Shown here: piece after piece, positions 44,172-53,399 of the stretch
Layout: every line of letters starts with the position of its first letter
How positions within the stretch are numbered: position 1 is the first letter of the stretch
Assembly (NCBI GenBank): GCA_036268855.1
Contig: DATATJ010000092.1
Span: 1-54,198 of the forward strand
Length of the DNA: 54,198 nt
Direction: 5' to 3'
From: Vicinamibacterales bacterium
GTDB taxonomy: Bacteria > Acidobacteriota > Vicinamibacteria > Vicinamibacterales > CAVVIG01
Position numbers and translations under genes: made by a program
The notes under the pieces: generated by a model
Databases searched by the model: none
Told to the model about the DNA's origin: nothing
Seen by the model: the letters and a program-made list of their open reading frames with translations, nothing else

Positions 44172-45833
44172 TTACTTGACTCGCGCGCCGCACGCGTCCT
44201 CCAGTGCGCTCGACGCGATCAGCGCCGCGAGCGCGTCGATGTCGGGCGCCGGCGCACGGTCGCCGGCGAGCGTCGGCACGCGCGACCGCACGAGCGCGTG
44301 GACGCGCGCCAGCGGCGCCGACGTTTCCAGTGGCGCCAGCAGGTCGATCGCCTGGCACGCGCACAGCAGCTCGATCGCGACCACCGTGCGCGCGCGGGTC
44401 AGCGCGCGTTCGGCCTTCAGCGCGGCACCCATGCTCATGCTCACATGGTCCTCCTTGTTGGCCGACGTCGGAATCGTGTCCACGCCGGCGGGATGCGCGA
44501 GCGTTTTCAGCTCTGACGCCACCGCCGCCGCGGTGACCTGCGCCATCATCAGGCCCGACTGCAGTCCGCCATCGCGCGTGAGAAACGCGGGCAGGCCGCT
44601 CAGTGCCGGGTTCACCAGGCGATCGGTGCGCCGCTCGCTGATCGTGGCGATCGGCACGAGGGCCGCCGCCAGCAGATCGGCCGCGAGCGCGATGGGCGCG
44701 CCGTGGAAATTGCCGCCGGAGACGATCTCGCCCGCGCCGCCGGCCGGGTCGGCGAACACCATCGGGTTGTCGGTCGCACTGTTCATCTCGACGCCGACCG
44801 TCTCGCCGATGAAGCGCAGCGCGTCGCGGGTCGCGCCGTGCACCTGGGCGGCGCAGCGGAGCGAGTACGCGTCCTGCACCTTGCCGCACCGCGCGTGCGA
44901 CAGGTTGATGCCGCTGCCGCGCAGCAGCCGCTCGATATTGGCCGCCGACGTCTTCTGGCCGGCGAACGGCCGGGCGTCGTGAATCCGCGCCTCGAACGGG
45001 TGAATCGATCCCCGCAGCGCGTCGATCGACAGCGCCGCCGTGATGTCGGCCGCACGCGCCAGTTGCGCGGCGCCCGCCAGCGCGAGCGCGAGCACCGCCG
45101 TGGACGGCTGCGTGCCGTTGATGAGCGCGAGGCCTTCTTTGGCGCCCAGCGTCACCGGCGTCAACCCGGCCCGCGCCAGCGCGTCGGCGCCCGACATTCG
45201 GGTGGCGCGTCGAGGCGGCGGCGCCGGCAGCGTGCCAGTCCCAGGGCCTGTGCCGCGGACCGTTGGCTGACTGTCGTCGGCGTGACGACGTCGCGACGGT
45301 TGTTCGATTCCGCCGGCACGAACGTCGGGCCGATCGTCGTCCGCGTAGTCGGCTTCGCCCTCGCCGATGAGGACCAGCGACAGGTGCGCCAGCGGCGCCA
45401 GATCGCCGCTCGCGCCCACCGATCCGCGGGACGGCACACGCGGATGGACGCCGGCGTTCAACAACGCGAGCAGCGCCTCGAGCGTTTCGACGCGGATCCC
45501 GGAATAGCCCTTTGCCAGCACGTTCGCGCGCAGGGCCATCGTCGCGCGCACGGCGCGGACCGGCAGCGGCCGGCCGACGCCAGCCGCATGGCTGCGCAGC
45601 AGATTCAGCTGGAGCGCCTCGAGGGCGTCTGGCGCGATTTTCACTTCCGCGAAGGAGCCGAAGCCCGTGTTGATGCCGTAGACCGGCGCGTCGCCGTGCG
45701 CCTGGCGGTCCACGACCGCGCGCGAGGCGCGCACGCGATCGGCGGCCGCCGGCGCGAGCCCGACCGGCTCGCGGCGATCCGAGATGGCGAGCAGCTGATC
45801 GAGCGTGAGAGAGGTGCCGTCCAGAAAAATCAT
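44172..45833 (-). CDS. hutH: histidine ammonia-lyase (with an atypical internal insertion)
   Basis: VYGINTGFG and the MIO-forming GSVGASGDLAPLAHL, then KEGLALINGTQ. At 553 aa it is longer than the ~510 aa I expect, owing to the insert at residues ~164-211. Confidence 0.9.
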   Translation of the reverse strand: MIFLDGTSLTLDQLLAISDRREPVGLAPAAADRVRASRAVVDRQAHGDAPVYGINTGFGSFAEVKIAPDALEALQLNLLRSHAAGVGRPLPVRAVRATMALRANVLAKGYSGIRVETLEALLALLNAGVHPRVPSRGSVGASGDLAPLAHLSLVLIGEGEADYADDDRPDVRAGGIEQPSRRRHADDSQPTVRGTGPGTGTLPAPPPRRATRMSGADALARAGLTPVTLGAKEGLALINGTQPSTAVLALALAGAAQLARAADITAALSIDALRGSIHPFEARIHDARPFAGQKTSAANIERLLRGSGINLSHARCGKVQDAYSLRCAAQVHGATRDALRFIGETVGVEMNSATDNPMVFADPAGGAGEIVSGGNFHGAPIALAADLLAAALVPIATISERRTDRLVNPALSGLPAFLTRDGGLQSGLMMAQVTAAAVASELKTLAHPAGVDTIPTSANKEDHVSMSMGAALKAERALTRARTVVAIELLCACQAIDLLAPLETSAPLARVHALVRSRVPTLAGDRAPAPDIDALAALIASSALEDACGARVK

Positions 45834-45946
45834 ACAGTCGTCAGCCGCGGGTCTTCAGTGCCGCCCATTCTCGTCGCTCGGCATTTTCGAAACGCGTTGA
45901 GAGTAGAATCTTAATCCGTCCTCGCCCGGCTCGCCACGCGAACTGA

Positions 45947-47290
<1,344 letters not shown>

Positions 47291-47310
47291 AGCGGCTTCG
47301 ATTCGATCGA

Positions 47311-47403
47311 GCGCGAAGGCTTCATAGCCCTTTTCAACTCGCTGTAACGCGAAGGCTTCAGCCCTTTTCAACCCGCTGTAGCGCGAAGGCTTCAGCCGAG
47401 CGC
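47311..47403. repeat. 2.6 tandem copies of a ~35-bp REP-like unit between convergent genes
   Basis: Unit 1 is GCGCGAAGGCTTCATAGCCCTTTTCAACTCGCTGTA (47311-47346). Unit 2 is ACGCGAAGGCTTCAGCCCTTTTCAACCCGCTGTA (47347-47380). The partial unit is GCGCGAAGGCTTCAGCCGAGCGC (47381-47403). Confidence 0.75.
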
Positions 47404-47412
47404 TTCATGCGT

Positions 47413-48048
47413 TCAGGACGTCTTGTTGCGCGAGATGAACGCGTCGATCGCGGGGGCTTCCGGATCGACGAACGTCACGCCGGCACGATAGCGCGGCCCG
47501 CTGTTCGGCGGCCGCTCGAACGACACCCACGCGACATCGGCGCTGCACGACACGTCGCCGTCCCCGAGCGTCAACTGAACCCGCTGCTTGGGCTTGAGCT
47601 GGCCCGCCGACGTTACCTGCGCACCATCGACCGACAAATCCAGGATGGCGGCCGGACGTCCGTTCACGACGGCGCGCGCCGCGGCGCCCATCTTGAAGCG
47701 CGGCACCCGCCGCGTGCCGCGCCAGTCGAGCGGCGCCTCGTTCGCGGGATCGGGTCGTCGCGGCGAGACGCGCGAATAACTCGAGTCGTGCGCGATCACG
47801 CGGATCTCGGAGTGCCGCAGCGCCGGGTCGGCCTTGATGCGGTTGATGAGCGCGGCGCCGCGCGGCGTTGCCGCGAACAGACGTTCGAGCGCCACCACGG
47901 CCGGACGCCGGAGCGTGATGGCCTCGAGCGCGCGCAGCGCCTCTGTGTTGGAGAAGGTGAGCAGCTCGACCGCCGCGTCGCCCGCCTGCTGCGTCAGGGC
48001 CGGCAGCAGATCGCTCGGTGCGATCAGCACCATGCACGGCTGGCGCAC
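47413..48048 (-). CDS. PilZ-domain protein with degenerate receiver-like N-terminus
   Basis: C-terminal PilZ motifs are RGTRRVPRFKM (RxxxR) and AAILDLSVDGAQV (D/NxSxxG). The N-terminal ~90 aa look receiver-like but have no acceptor Asp. Confidence 0.65.
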   Translation of the reverse strand: MRQPCMVLIAPSDLLPALTQQAGDAAVELLTFSNTEALRALEAITLRRPAVVALERLFAATPRGAALINRIKADPALRHSEIRVIAHDSSYSRVSPRRPDPANEAPLDWRGTRRVPRFKMGAAARAVVNGRPAAILDLSVDGAQVTSAGQLKPKQRVQLTLGDGDVSCSADVAWVSFERPPNSGPRYRAGVTFVDPEAPAIDAFISRNKTS

Positions 48049-48051
48049 GGT

Positions 48052-48756
48052 TCAGAAGATCCGCGCGTCCTGCAGCGGCCACCACCGCACCTTGACCTTG
48101 CCGACGATGTACTTCTTCGGCACGAAGCCCCAGTGGCGGCTGTCCGAGCTGTTGTTGCGGTGGTCGCCCATCACGAAGTAGTAGCCCTGCTGGATCTTCT
48201 GCGGGCCCCAGTCGTCGTGGCTGCGGAACTCGGCGGGCACGTAGTCGTCGCGCAGCGGGATGTCGTTCACGTACACACGGCCGTCGACGATGCGAACGAT
48301 GTCGCCTTCCTTGGCGATCACACGCTTGACGAACATCTTCTCCGGGTTGAGCGGGTAATAGAGCATCACGATGTCGCCGGGCCGCGGATCGCCGAGCTCG
48401 TAGACCAGCTTGTTGACGATCAGCCGATCGTGATCCTCGAGCGTCGGCGCCATGCTGAGGCCGTCGACGCGCGCAACCTGGAAGCCGAACGTGACGATGA
48501 GCGTCGCGTAGACGGCGGCCGACACCAGCGTCTGCAGCCCCGAGATGATCTCGTGCCCCATCCGTTTCCAGGCGCCACTGAGGTCCGCTGGCGCCTGAGC
48601 TACAGCGACCGGCGCGGGAACGGCGTCGAATCGGCCTGGCGGCGGCAACGCGACCGCACCGGTCGAGAAACCGTCGATCGGGAGCGGCGTCGGGTCCGGC
48701 GGAGTTTCAAGGGGGTCGGCAGACGCGTCCGGGGGCAGATGTACGTCTTCGTTCAT
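48052..48756 (-). CDS. lepB: signal peptidase I
   Basis: DGLSMAPTLEDHDRLIVNK (catalytic Ser), VKRVIA (Lys box) and GDHRNNSSDSRHWGFVP. Confidence 0.9.
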   Translation of the reverse strand: MNEDVHLPPDASADPLETPPDPTPLPIDGFSTGAVALPPPGRFDAVPAPVAVAQAPADLSGAWKRMGHEIISGLQTLVSAAVYATLIVTFGFQVARVDGLSMAPTLEDHDRLIVNKLVYELGDPRPGDIVMLYYPLNPEKMFVKRVIAKEGDIVRIVDGRVYVNDIPLRDDYVPAEFRSHDDWGPQKIQQGYYFVMGDHRNNSSDSRHWGFVPKKYIVGKVKVRWWPLQDARIF

Positions 48757-48800
48757 CGGTCCATCTCAGAATATCAGTCGAGCGCGAAGCCGTAAAGACA

Positions 48801-49073
48801 TCAAAAGCTGTGGCCCGCGCCAGCCAGGTCGGTGCGCAATTCCGCCACGCGCTGCCGGACCGCGTCGCCCATGCCGGCTTCCGGCTTGGTCGCCAGGTGA
48901 TGGATCGTGTACGCCGCGAAGCGAATCGCCTCCGCGTGCCAGTGGTGCAGCGCCTGCTCCAGGCGATCGCATTGATACAGGGCTTGCGCGGCGTCAGACG
49001 ACGGGTCGCCGCGCAGGGCCTCGCGCAGTGCGGCGAGGCGGTCGAACACCGCCTGATGCGTGTCGTCGGTCAT
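48801..49073 (-). CDS. hypothetical protein
   Basis: 90 aa from ATG 49073 (MTDDTHQAVFDRLAALREALRG...), helical and GC3-biased. No family recognised. Confidence 0.4.
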   Translation of the reverse strand: MTDDTHQAVFDRLAALREALRGDPSSDAAQALYQCDRLEQALHHWHAEAIRFAAYTIHHLATKPEAGMGDAVRQRVAELRTDLAGAGHSF

Positions 49074-49210
49074 GCCCCACAGCGTACCATTTCCGTTGCG
49101 TGTCCCGTCGAGCGGGCGGTATACTCGACGCCTCTCCTCGATTTGCGGTGGGTCCCAGCCCATTCCGCAGCAGGATCAGGCCCCCAACAGACTCTCACGG
49201 AGGATTTTCG

Positions 49211-49858
49211 ATGACGCGTTCCGCTCGACTTGCGATGACCGTGGCCGCGGCCCTCACGCTCGGCACCTCGGCCGCGCAGGCCCAGTCGCCCACGCCGGCT
49301 CCCGCCACCGACGGAAGGTACAGCGCCGAGTTCACGGCAGCGGCAACCCTTGGCCACACATCCGCATCGTCGTTCGGTGGGGAACTCGACTATCGCGTCA
49401 AAGAGCAATGGGTGGGAACCTTCGAGTTCGGACGCATGCGGAACATCGCGAACGGCGACCTCCAATCGCGCGCGAACGTTATCGCCAACGCGCTGCAGGG
49501 CTCGGCGAACGCGACGCAGAAAGCCACGTATTACGACTTCGGCGTGCGCTATCGGCTGGCGCCGCGCGGCATGTGGCACCCGTACCTCGCGGCCGGCATC
49601 GGCGCGGCCACGGTGACCACCAACACCTCCTTCCAGGCCGGCAACGAGGTCACCGTCTCACCTGGCGCCGATCTGCAGGGCACCGTCACCAAGCCGCTGA
49701 TGGTGATTGGCGGCGGCGTCACGGTGCCGTTCCTGTCGCGCTATTTCGCAGACGGCAGCTACCGCTACGGCCGCATCTTCTCGCGGTCGGGCGCGATCGA
49801 AAACGACAAGGGCATCAACACGCAGCGCGTGCAGATCGGCGTCGGCATTCGATTCTGA
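49211..49858 (+). CDS. outer-membrane beta-barrel protein (OmpW/porin-like small barrel)
   Basis: A GGAGGA Shine-Dalgarno (SD) sequence lies upstream of ATG 49211. MTRSARLAMTVAAALTLGTSAAQA is a signal peptide, followed by alternating strands ending ...NTQRVQIGVGIRF (terminal Phe). Confidence 0.7.
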   Translation: MTRSARLAMTVAAALTLGTSAAQAQSPTPAPATDGRYSAEFTAAATLGHTSASSFGGELDYRVKEQWVGTFEFGRMRNIANGDLQSRANVIANALQGSANATQKATYYDFGVRYRLAPRGMWHPYLAAGIGAATVTTNTSFQAGNEVTVSPGADLQGTVTKPLMVIGGGVTVPFLSRYFADGSYRYGRIFSRSGAIENDKGINTQRVQIGVGIRF

Positions 49859-49868
49859 CCACGCGCGT

Positions 49869-50519
49869 TCAGCGACGGCTTGCTCCTGCCTCTTCCGTCG
49901 TACGATCGGTCATCGCCACGAGGTCCGCGCTGACGATGAAGCGCCGCGGCGCGTGCCCGATGAACTCGAACGGATAGCACGTGACGAGCGTGAGCGTTGG
50001 ATGACCCGCGTCGTCCAGCACATAGACGTCGGAGGGGTTCACGATTGTCGTGTTCGTGATGCGATAACGATACACGTGACCTGCCGTCGTGACGACCAGC
50101 GGATCGCCCGCGTGCAGGTGCCGCACGGGGCGGAACGTCGTGTCGCGGTGGCCCGCGATGCCGAAGTTGCCCGCGCCGCCGGGCAATGCCGTGTCTTCGA
50201 TGTGGCCGGCTCCATGTGCGAGCGTTCCATCATCGCTTCCTTCGAGCACTGTCGCGGAGAGCCCGACCGAGGGAGCCTCGAGGCGCGCGATCCAACTGCC
50301 GGCCGCGACCGGCGTCTGCGCCGGCGATTCCGGGCCGCTCGCGGGAGCCCGCTCGTCTCTGGGCAGCGCGGCGGTGGCGGTTGCCGGGGCTGCGGGAACC
50401 GGCATCGCCTGGTAGTACCGCGCTTCGATGATGGCGACGGCGCACCAAGCCGAGAGCGCGACCCCAGCCGCGAGCAGGCTCAACTCGACCCATAACAGCA
50501 GACGAGCAGTCGTCCTCAC
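49869..50519 (-). CDS. membrane-anchored sortase-family transpeptidase
   Basis: N-terminal TM (LLLWVELSLLAAGVALSAWCAVAII). His motif GNFGIAGHRDT, Cys motif PTLTLVTCYPF and Arg in HAPRRFIVSA. Its GTG start overlaps the VWA stop (GTGA at 50516-50519). Confidence 0.8.
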   Translation of the reverse strand: MRTTARLLLWVELSLLAAGVALSAWCAVAIIEARYYQAMPVPAAPATATAALPRDERAPASGPESPAQTPVAAGSWIARLEAPSVGLSATVLEGSDDGTLAHGAGHIEDTALPGGAGNFGIAGHRDTTFRPVRHLHAGDPLVVTTAGHVYRYRITNTTIVNPSDVYVLDDAGHPTLTLVTCYPFEFIGHAPRRFIVSADLVAMTDRTTEEAGASRR

Positions 50520-51445
50520 TGCGGCACCGGACCGGCCGCGGCGAAATATCCGGGCCGTGTGCGCGTGATCATCTTTGGACCGTCGCCGCGCGCGACCTCG
50601 ACGCGGACGCGATGGTACCGGCCGTCGCGATCGGGTGGAGCATAGCCAATGGTGTAGCCGCTGCGGATCTCGCGCGCAATGCGTTCGCAGGCGGTCAACA
50701 ACGGACCTGGCGAGGCGGGCAGGAACCGTTCGCCGCCGGTCGTCTGTGCGATCGACTTCAGCACGCGCGGGTTCGAGTCGCGGTCGTCGCTGTCGAACAG
50801 ACCGATCGTGTAAATGGTGACGTTGCTGGCGCGCGCACGCGCGAGCACTTCAGCCAGCGTGGCGGTGCTCGCGTTGTCGCCGCCATCGCTGATGAGGATC
50901 AGCACGCGCCGCGCGCGATTGCCCGCGTTGACGCGATCGAGACCGGCAATCAGCGCATCGTACAGCGCGGTGCGTCCGTCGGGCAGCGACGCGGTGAGCG
51001 ACGTGCGCAGGCTCTCGACATCGTCGGCAAGAAGCTGGCGTCCCGGGTTGGCATCCTGCACGTCGTCGCTGAACTCGAGGGTGAACAGCTCATCCTGCGG
51101 ATTGCTGATCCTGGCGAATGCGAGAGAAGCCGCGACCACCTCGCCGACCTTGGGGCGCATGCTGCCGCTGTTGTCGACGACGAGCCCTACGGTGACCGGC
51201 GTATCTTCGTTCGTGAAAAGGGCCATCTCCTGGCGCCGATCGTTGTCGTAGACCGTAAAGCGATCGCGCGCGAGATCGCTGATGAAACGGCCCTTCGTGT
51301 CGGTGACCGTCACAGGCAGCACGACCAGCTCGGTTGACGCACTGTGAAAGCTCGGTTTGGGAGCAGGCTCCTGGGCGCGCACGCCCGGACGCGCGAGCCC
51401 GGCCAGCAGCACGACGGCCGCGAAGGGCACGAGGAAATTGCGCAT
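50516..51445 (-). CDS. VWA-domain protein of the acidobacterial VWFA-related type
   Basis: Signal peptide MRNFLVPFAAVVLLAGLARPGVRA, STELVVLPVTVTDTKGRFISDLARDRFTVYDNDRRQEM and the MIDAS-like VGLVVDNSGSM. It matches my memory of TIGR03436-type proteins. Confidence 0.8.
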   Translation of the reverse strand: MRNFLVPFAAVVLLAGLARPGVRAQEPAPKPSFHSASTELVVLPVTVTDTKGRFISDLARDRFTVYDNDRRQEMALFTNEDTPVTVGLVVDNSGSMRPKVGEVVAASLAFARISNPQDELFTLEFSDDVQDANPGRQLLADDVESLRTSLTASLPDGRTALYDALIAGLDRVNAGNRARRVLILISDGGDNASTATLAEVLARARASNVTIYTIGLFDSDDRDSNPRVLKSIAQTTGGERFLPASPGPLLTACERIAREIRSGYTIGYAPPDRDGRYHRVRVEVARGDGPKMITRTRPGYFAAAGPVPQ

Positions 51446-51576
51446 CACGAAGCACCTGGATCGGCAGCGGCCGGCTTCAGCCGGCCTTCGCCGCCTGCCT
51501 GCAGGCAGACACTACCGATCCACTCGGCAATCGTCATGGTCGCCACTATCACACGGCGCCTCGTTCGTCCCGCGGG

Positions 51577-52314
51577 CTACACCGCCTCGATCCGCCTGCG
51601 CAGCTGGTGAACGCCGAACGCGCCAGCAGTCGCTGCCGCCGCGAGCAGCTCGAACAGCGTCAGCGAGCTCGCCGTTCGCGGAAGCGTGCGCGCGGGTTTC
51701 GCCGGCGCCGCGCTCGTCGTGCGGTCGTTCGCCTGGGTGCCGGAGGTGCCGGTGGCTGCCGACGACGTGTCGGCCGGATGCGACGCGCTGGACGTGTCGT
51801 TCTCGGCGGTCATATCGCCGGTCTCGCGCACTCGGCCGATCTTCCGCCCCTTCATCGCATCGCCGGACGTGCTCTTGTTGTCGTCGTTCATGGCCAGCAC
51901 GGGTTCGTGCGTCGCTTTCGCGATCTTGAACGCCTGCGACTTCGGGTAGACGAATTCGTCGCCCGTCGGGTCGCCGACGTACCACCAGGCCTTCACCGCC
52001 TGCGCCATCCCGCGCGGCCGCTCCTCGAACATCACCACGTTGTTCTTCGGCGCATCGAGCCGGTAGTCGGGCACAGTCAGGAACGTCGCAATCAGTTTGC
52101 TGCCGTCCTTGTTGAAGATCTGCACGACGTGTCGATTGGTTTCCAGATCGGCGAGCTTGAACATGTACGTGCCAGCGGGCAACGTCGTGCCTGGCACCTG
52201 CACCGCTCCACTGAACGTCAGGAAGGTCTTCTTGTTCCTCTCGTCGGCGTGCGCGTTCGGAACGGCAAACGCCGCCAGCAGGGCGGCGCAGCAGGCGATT
52301 CTCAGCAGACGCAT
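51577..52314 (-). CDS. secreted protein with C-terminal LPRTAS + TM + basic tail (candidate sortase substrate)
   Basis: AAGGAGG lies 5 nt upstream of ATG 52314, and MRLLRIACCAALLAAFAVPNAHA is a signal peptide. A conserved-looking ~130-aa domain (KKTFLTFSGAVQVPGTTLPAGTYMFKL...KAWWYVGDPTGDEFVYPK) and a Ser/Thr-rich linker follow. The C-terminus is TLPRTASSLTLFELLAAAATAGAFGVHQLRRRIEAV. Confidence 0.65.
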   Translation of the reverse strand: MRLLRIACCAALLAAFAVPNAHADERNKKTFLTFSGAVQVPGTTLPAGTYMFKLADLETNRHVVQIFNKDGSKLIATFLTVPDYRLDAPKNNVVMFEERPRGMAQAVKAWWYVGDPTGDEFVYPKSQAFKIAKATHEPVLAMNDDNKSTSGDAMKGRKIGRVRETGDMTAENDTSSASHPADTSSAATGTSGTQANDRTTSAAPAKPARTLPRTASSLTLFELLAAAATAGAFGVHQLRRRIEAV

Positions 52315-52435
52315 GGGGTCCTCCTTCTCATACACCTTCGCATTTACCCATTTCGGGTCGCGTCACGGCTGAGAGTGCACGGAGCGTACCGAAGGCAGCA
52401 CAACGGTGGGCGTGAAGCTCGGCCGCGCAAGGGAG

Positions 52436-52543
52436 GTAGCGCGAAGGCTTTATTGCGGTGTCGACATCAGCGTAGAGGTAGCGCGACGGTTTTAGCCGAG
52501 CGTTCTACCGCCGCGCGGCGCTCGGCTGAAACATTCGCGCTAC
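52436..52543. repeat. REP-like element: one solo copy plus a 25-bp-arm hairpin of the same unit
   Basis: The solo copy is GTAGCGCGAAGGCTTTA (52436-52452). GTAGCGCGACGGTTTTAGCCGAGCG (52478-52502) pairs with CGCTCGGCTGAAACATTCGCGCTAC (52519-52543) at 22 of 25 positions, with a 16-nt loop. Confidence 0.7.
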
Positions 52544-52566
52544 ATCGATTTGGAAACGGCCTCGCG

Positions 52567-53250
52567 TTATCGCCGCGGCGCGCGCGCGAGCGCCGACATG
52601 AACGGCAGCGTCACGGCCGGCGGCGTGATCTTCTCCGACATCAGCACGTCTTTCGCCGTGGTGCTCGGACCGTAAAGATCCTGATTGTCGTCCTCATCGC
52701 TCCTGACAACGCCGCCCGACAGGTTGATGCCGGCGAACAGACCTTGCGTCCGCGAGTACGACAGAATCTCCGCCTGCAGCTGCGCGTCGGTTGCCGCGCG
52801 AGCGTCGCGTCCGACCGGACCGCCGGCGATCGACGCTTCTGCGCCGAGCGACACCTTGTTGCGCAGCAGCTTTTCGACGCCGCTCTTGTTCATCACGAGC
52901 AGCACGAGATCGATCGACTGCGCGCCGATCTGCAGCCCCCAGCTGCCCTTGCCGAGCTCCATGAAAATCGGCGCGCTCCAATGGCCGTCCTGGCGACAGC
53001 TCATGAGCCCCTTGCCGTACTCGCCGCCGATGACGAACGCGGCTTTCTTGAGGGACGGAATCACCATCACGCACTCCGCTTTGTCCCACAAGTCCTGCGG
53101 GATGTCCTTGTCGGGCACCGCATGAATTTCCCGGAGCACGCCGGCGGCTTCCGCGATCCGCTTGGTTTCCTTGGTCGACGACTGGGCGTTGACGGCCCCC
53201 GCGGCGACGACGAGCGACAGTCCCAGCACCATACCGATCCATGCGCGCAT
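52567..53250 (-). CDS. SYLF (DUF500/Ysc84-like) lipid-binding domain protein with signal peptide
   Basis: GGAGGT SD and MRAWIGMVLGLSLVVAAGAVNA signal peptide. ...IPQDLWDKAECVMVIPSLKKAAFVIGGEYGKGLMSCR...GSWGLQIGAQSIDLVLLVMN...LGAEASIAGGPVGR is typical SYLF. Confidence 0.8.
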   Translation of the reverse strand: MRAWIGMVLGLSLVVAAGAVNAQSSTKETKRIAEAAGVLREIHAVPDKDIPQDLWDKAECVMVIPSLKKAAFVIGGEYGKGLMSCRQDGHWSAPIFMELGKGSWGLQIGAQSIDLVLLVMNKSGVEKLLRNKVSLGAEASIAGGPVGRDARAATDAQLQAEILSYSRTQGLFAGINLSGGVVRSDEDDNQDLYGPSTTAKDVLMSEKITPPAVTLPFMSALARAPRR

Positions 53251-53399
53251 TCCCTGACCTCCGTTCAGACCGAATCACCGGCCGCATCCGGTTCAGCTCA
53301 CTATCGCAAGAACGCTACCAGTATAGATAACCGTCGAGCTCTGAGGTAAGCGCCGAGCCCAATGTGCGGTCGGGGGGAGTGTGGGCCACCGTGGCGAGG

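Noticed and set aside
47311-47403. Possible CRISPR array
   Set aside because: There are only 2.6 contiguous copies with no unique spacers between them, no cas genes in the window, and related copies are dispersed as hairpins.
51334-53349. 671-aa plus-strand ORF
   Set aside because: It is antisense to the sortase-substrate gene and the SYLF gene and crosses the REP-like intergenic hairpin. It has no motifs and is a shadow ORF.
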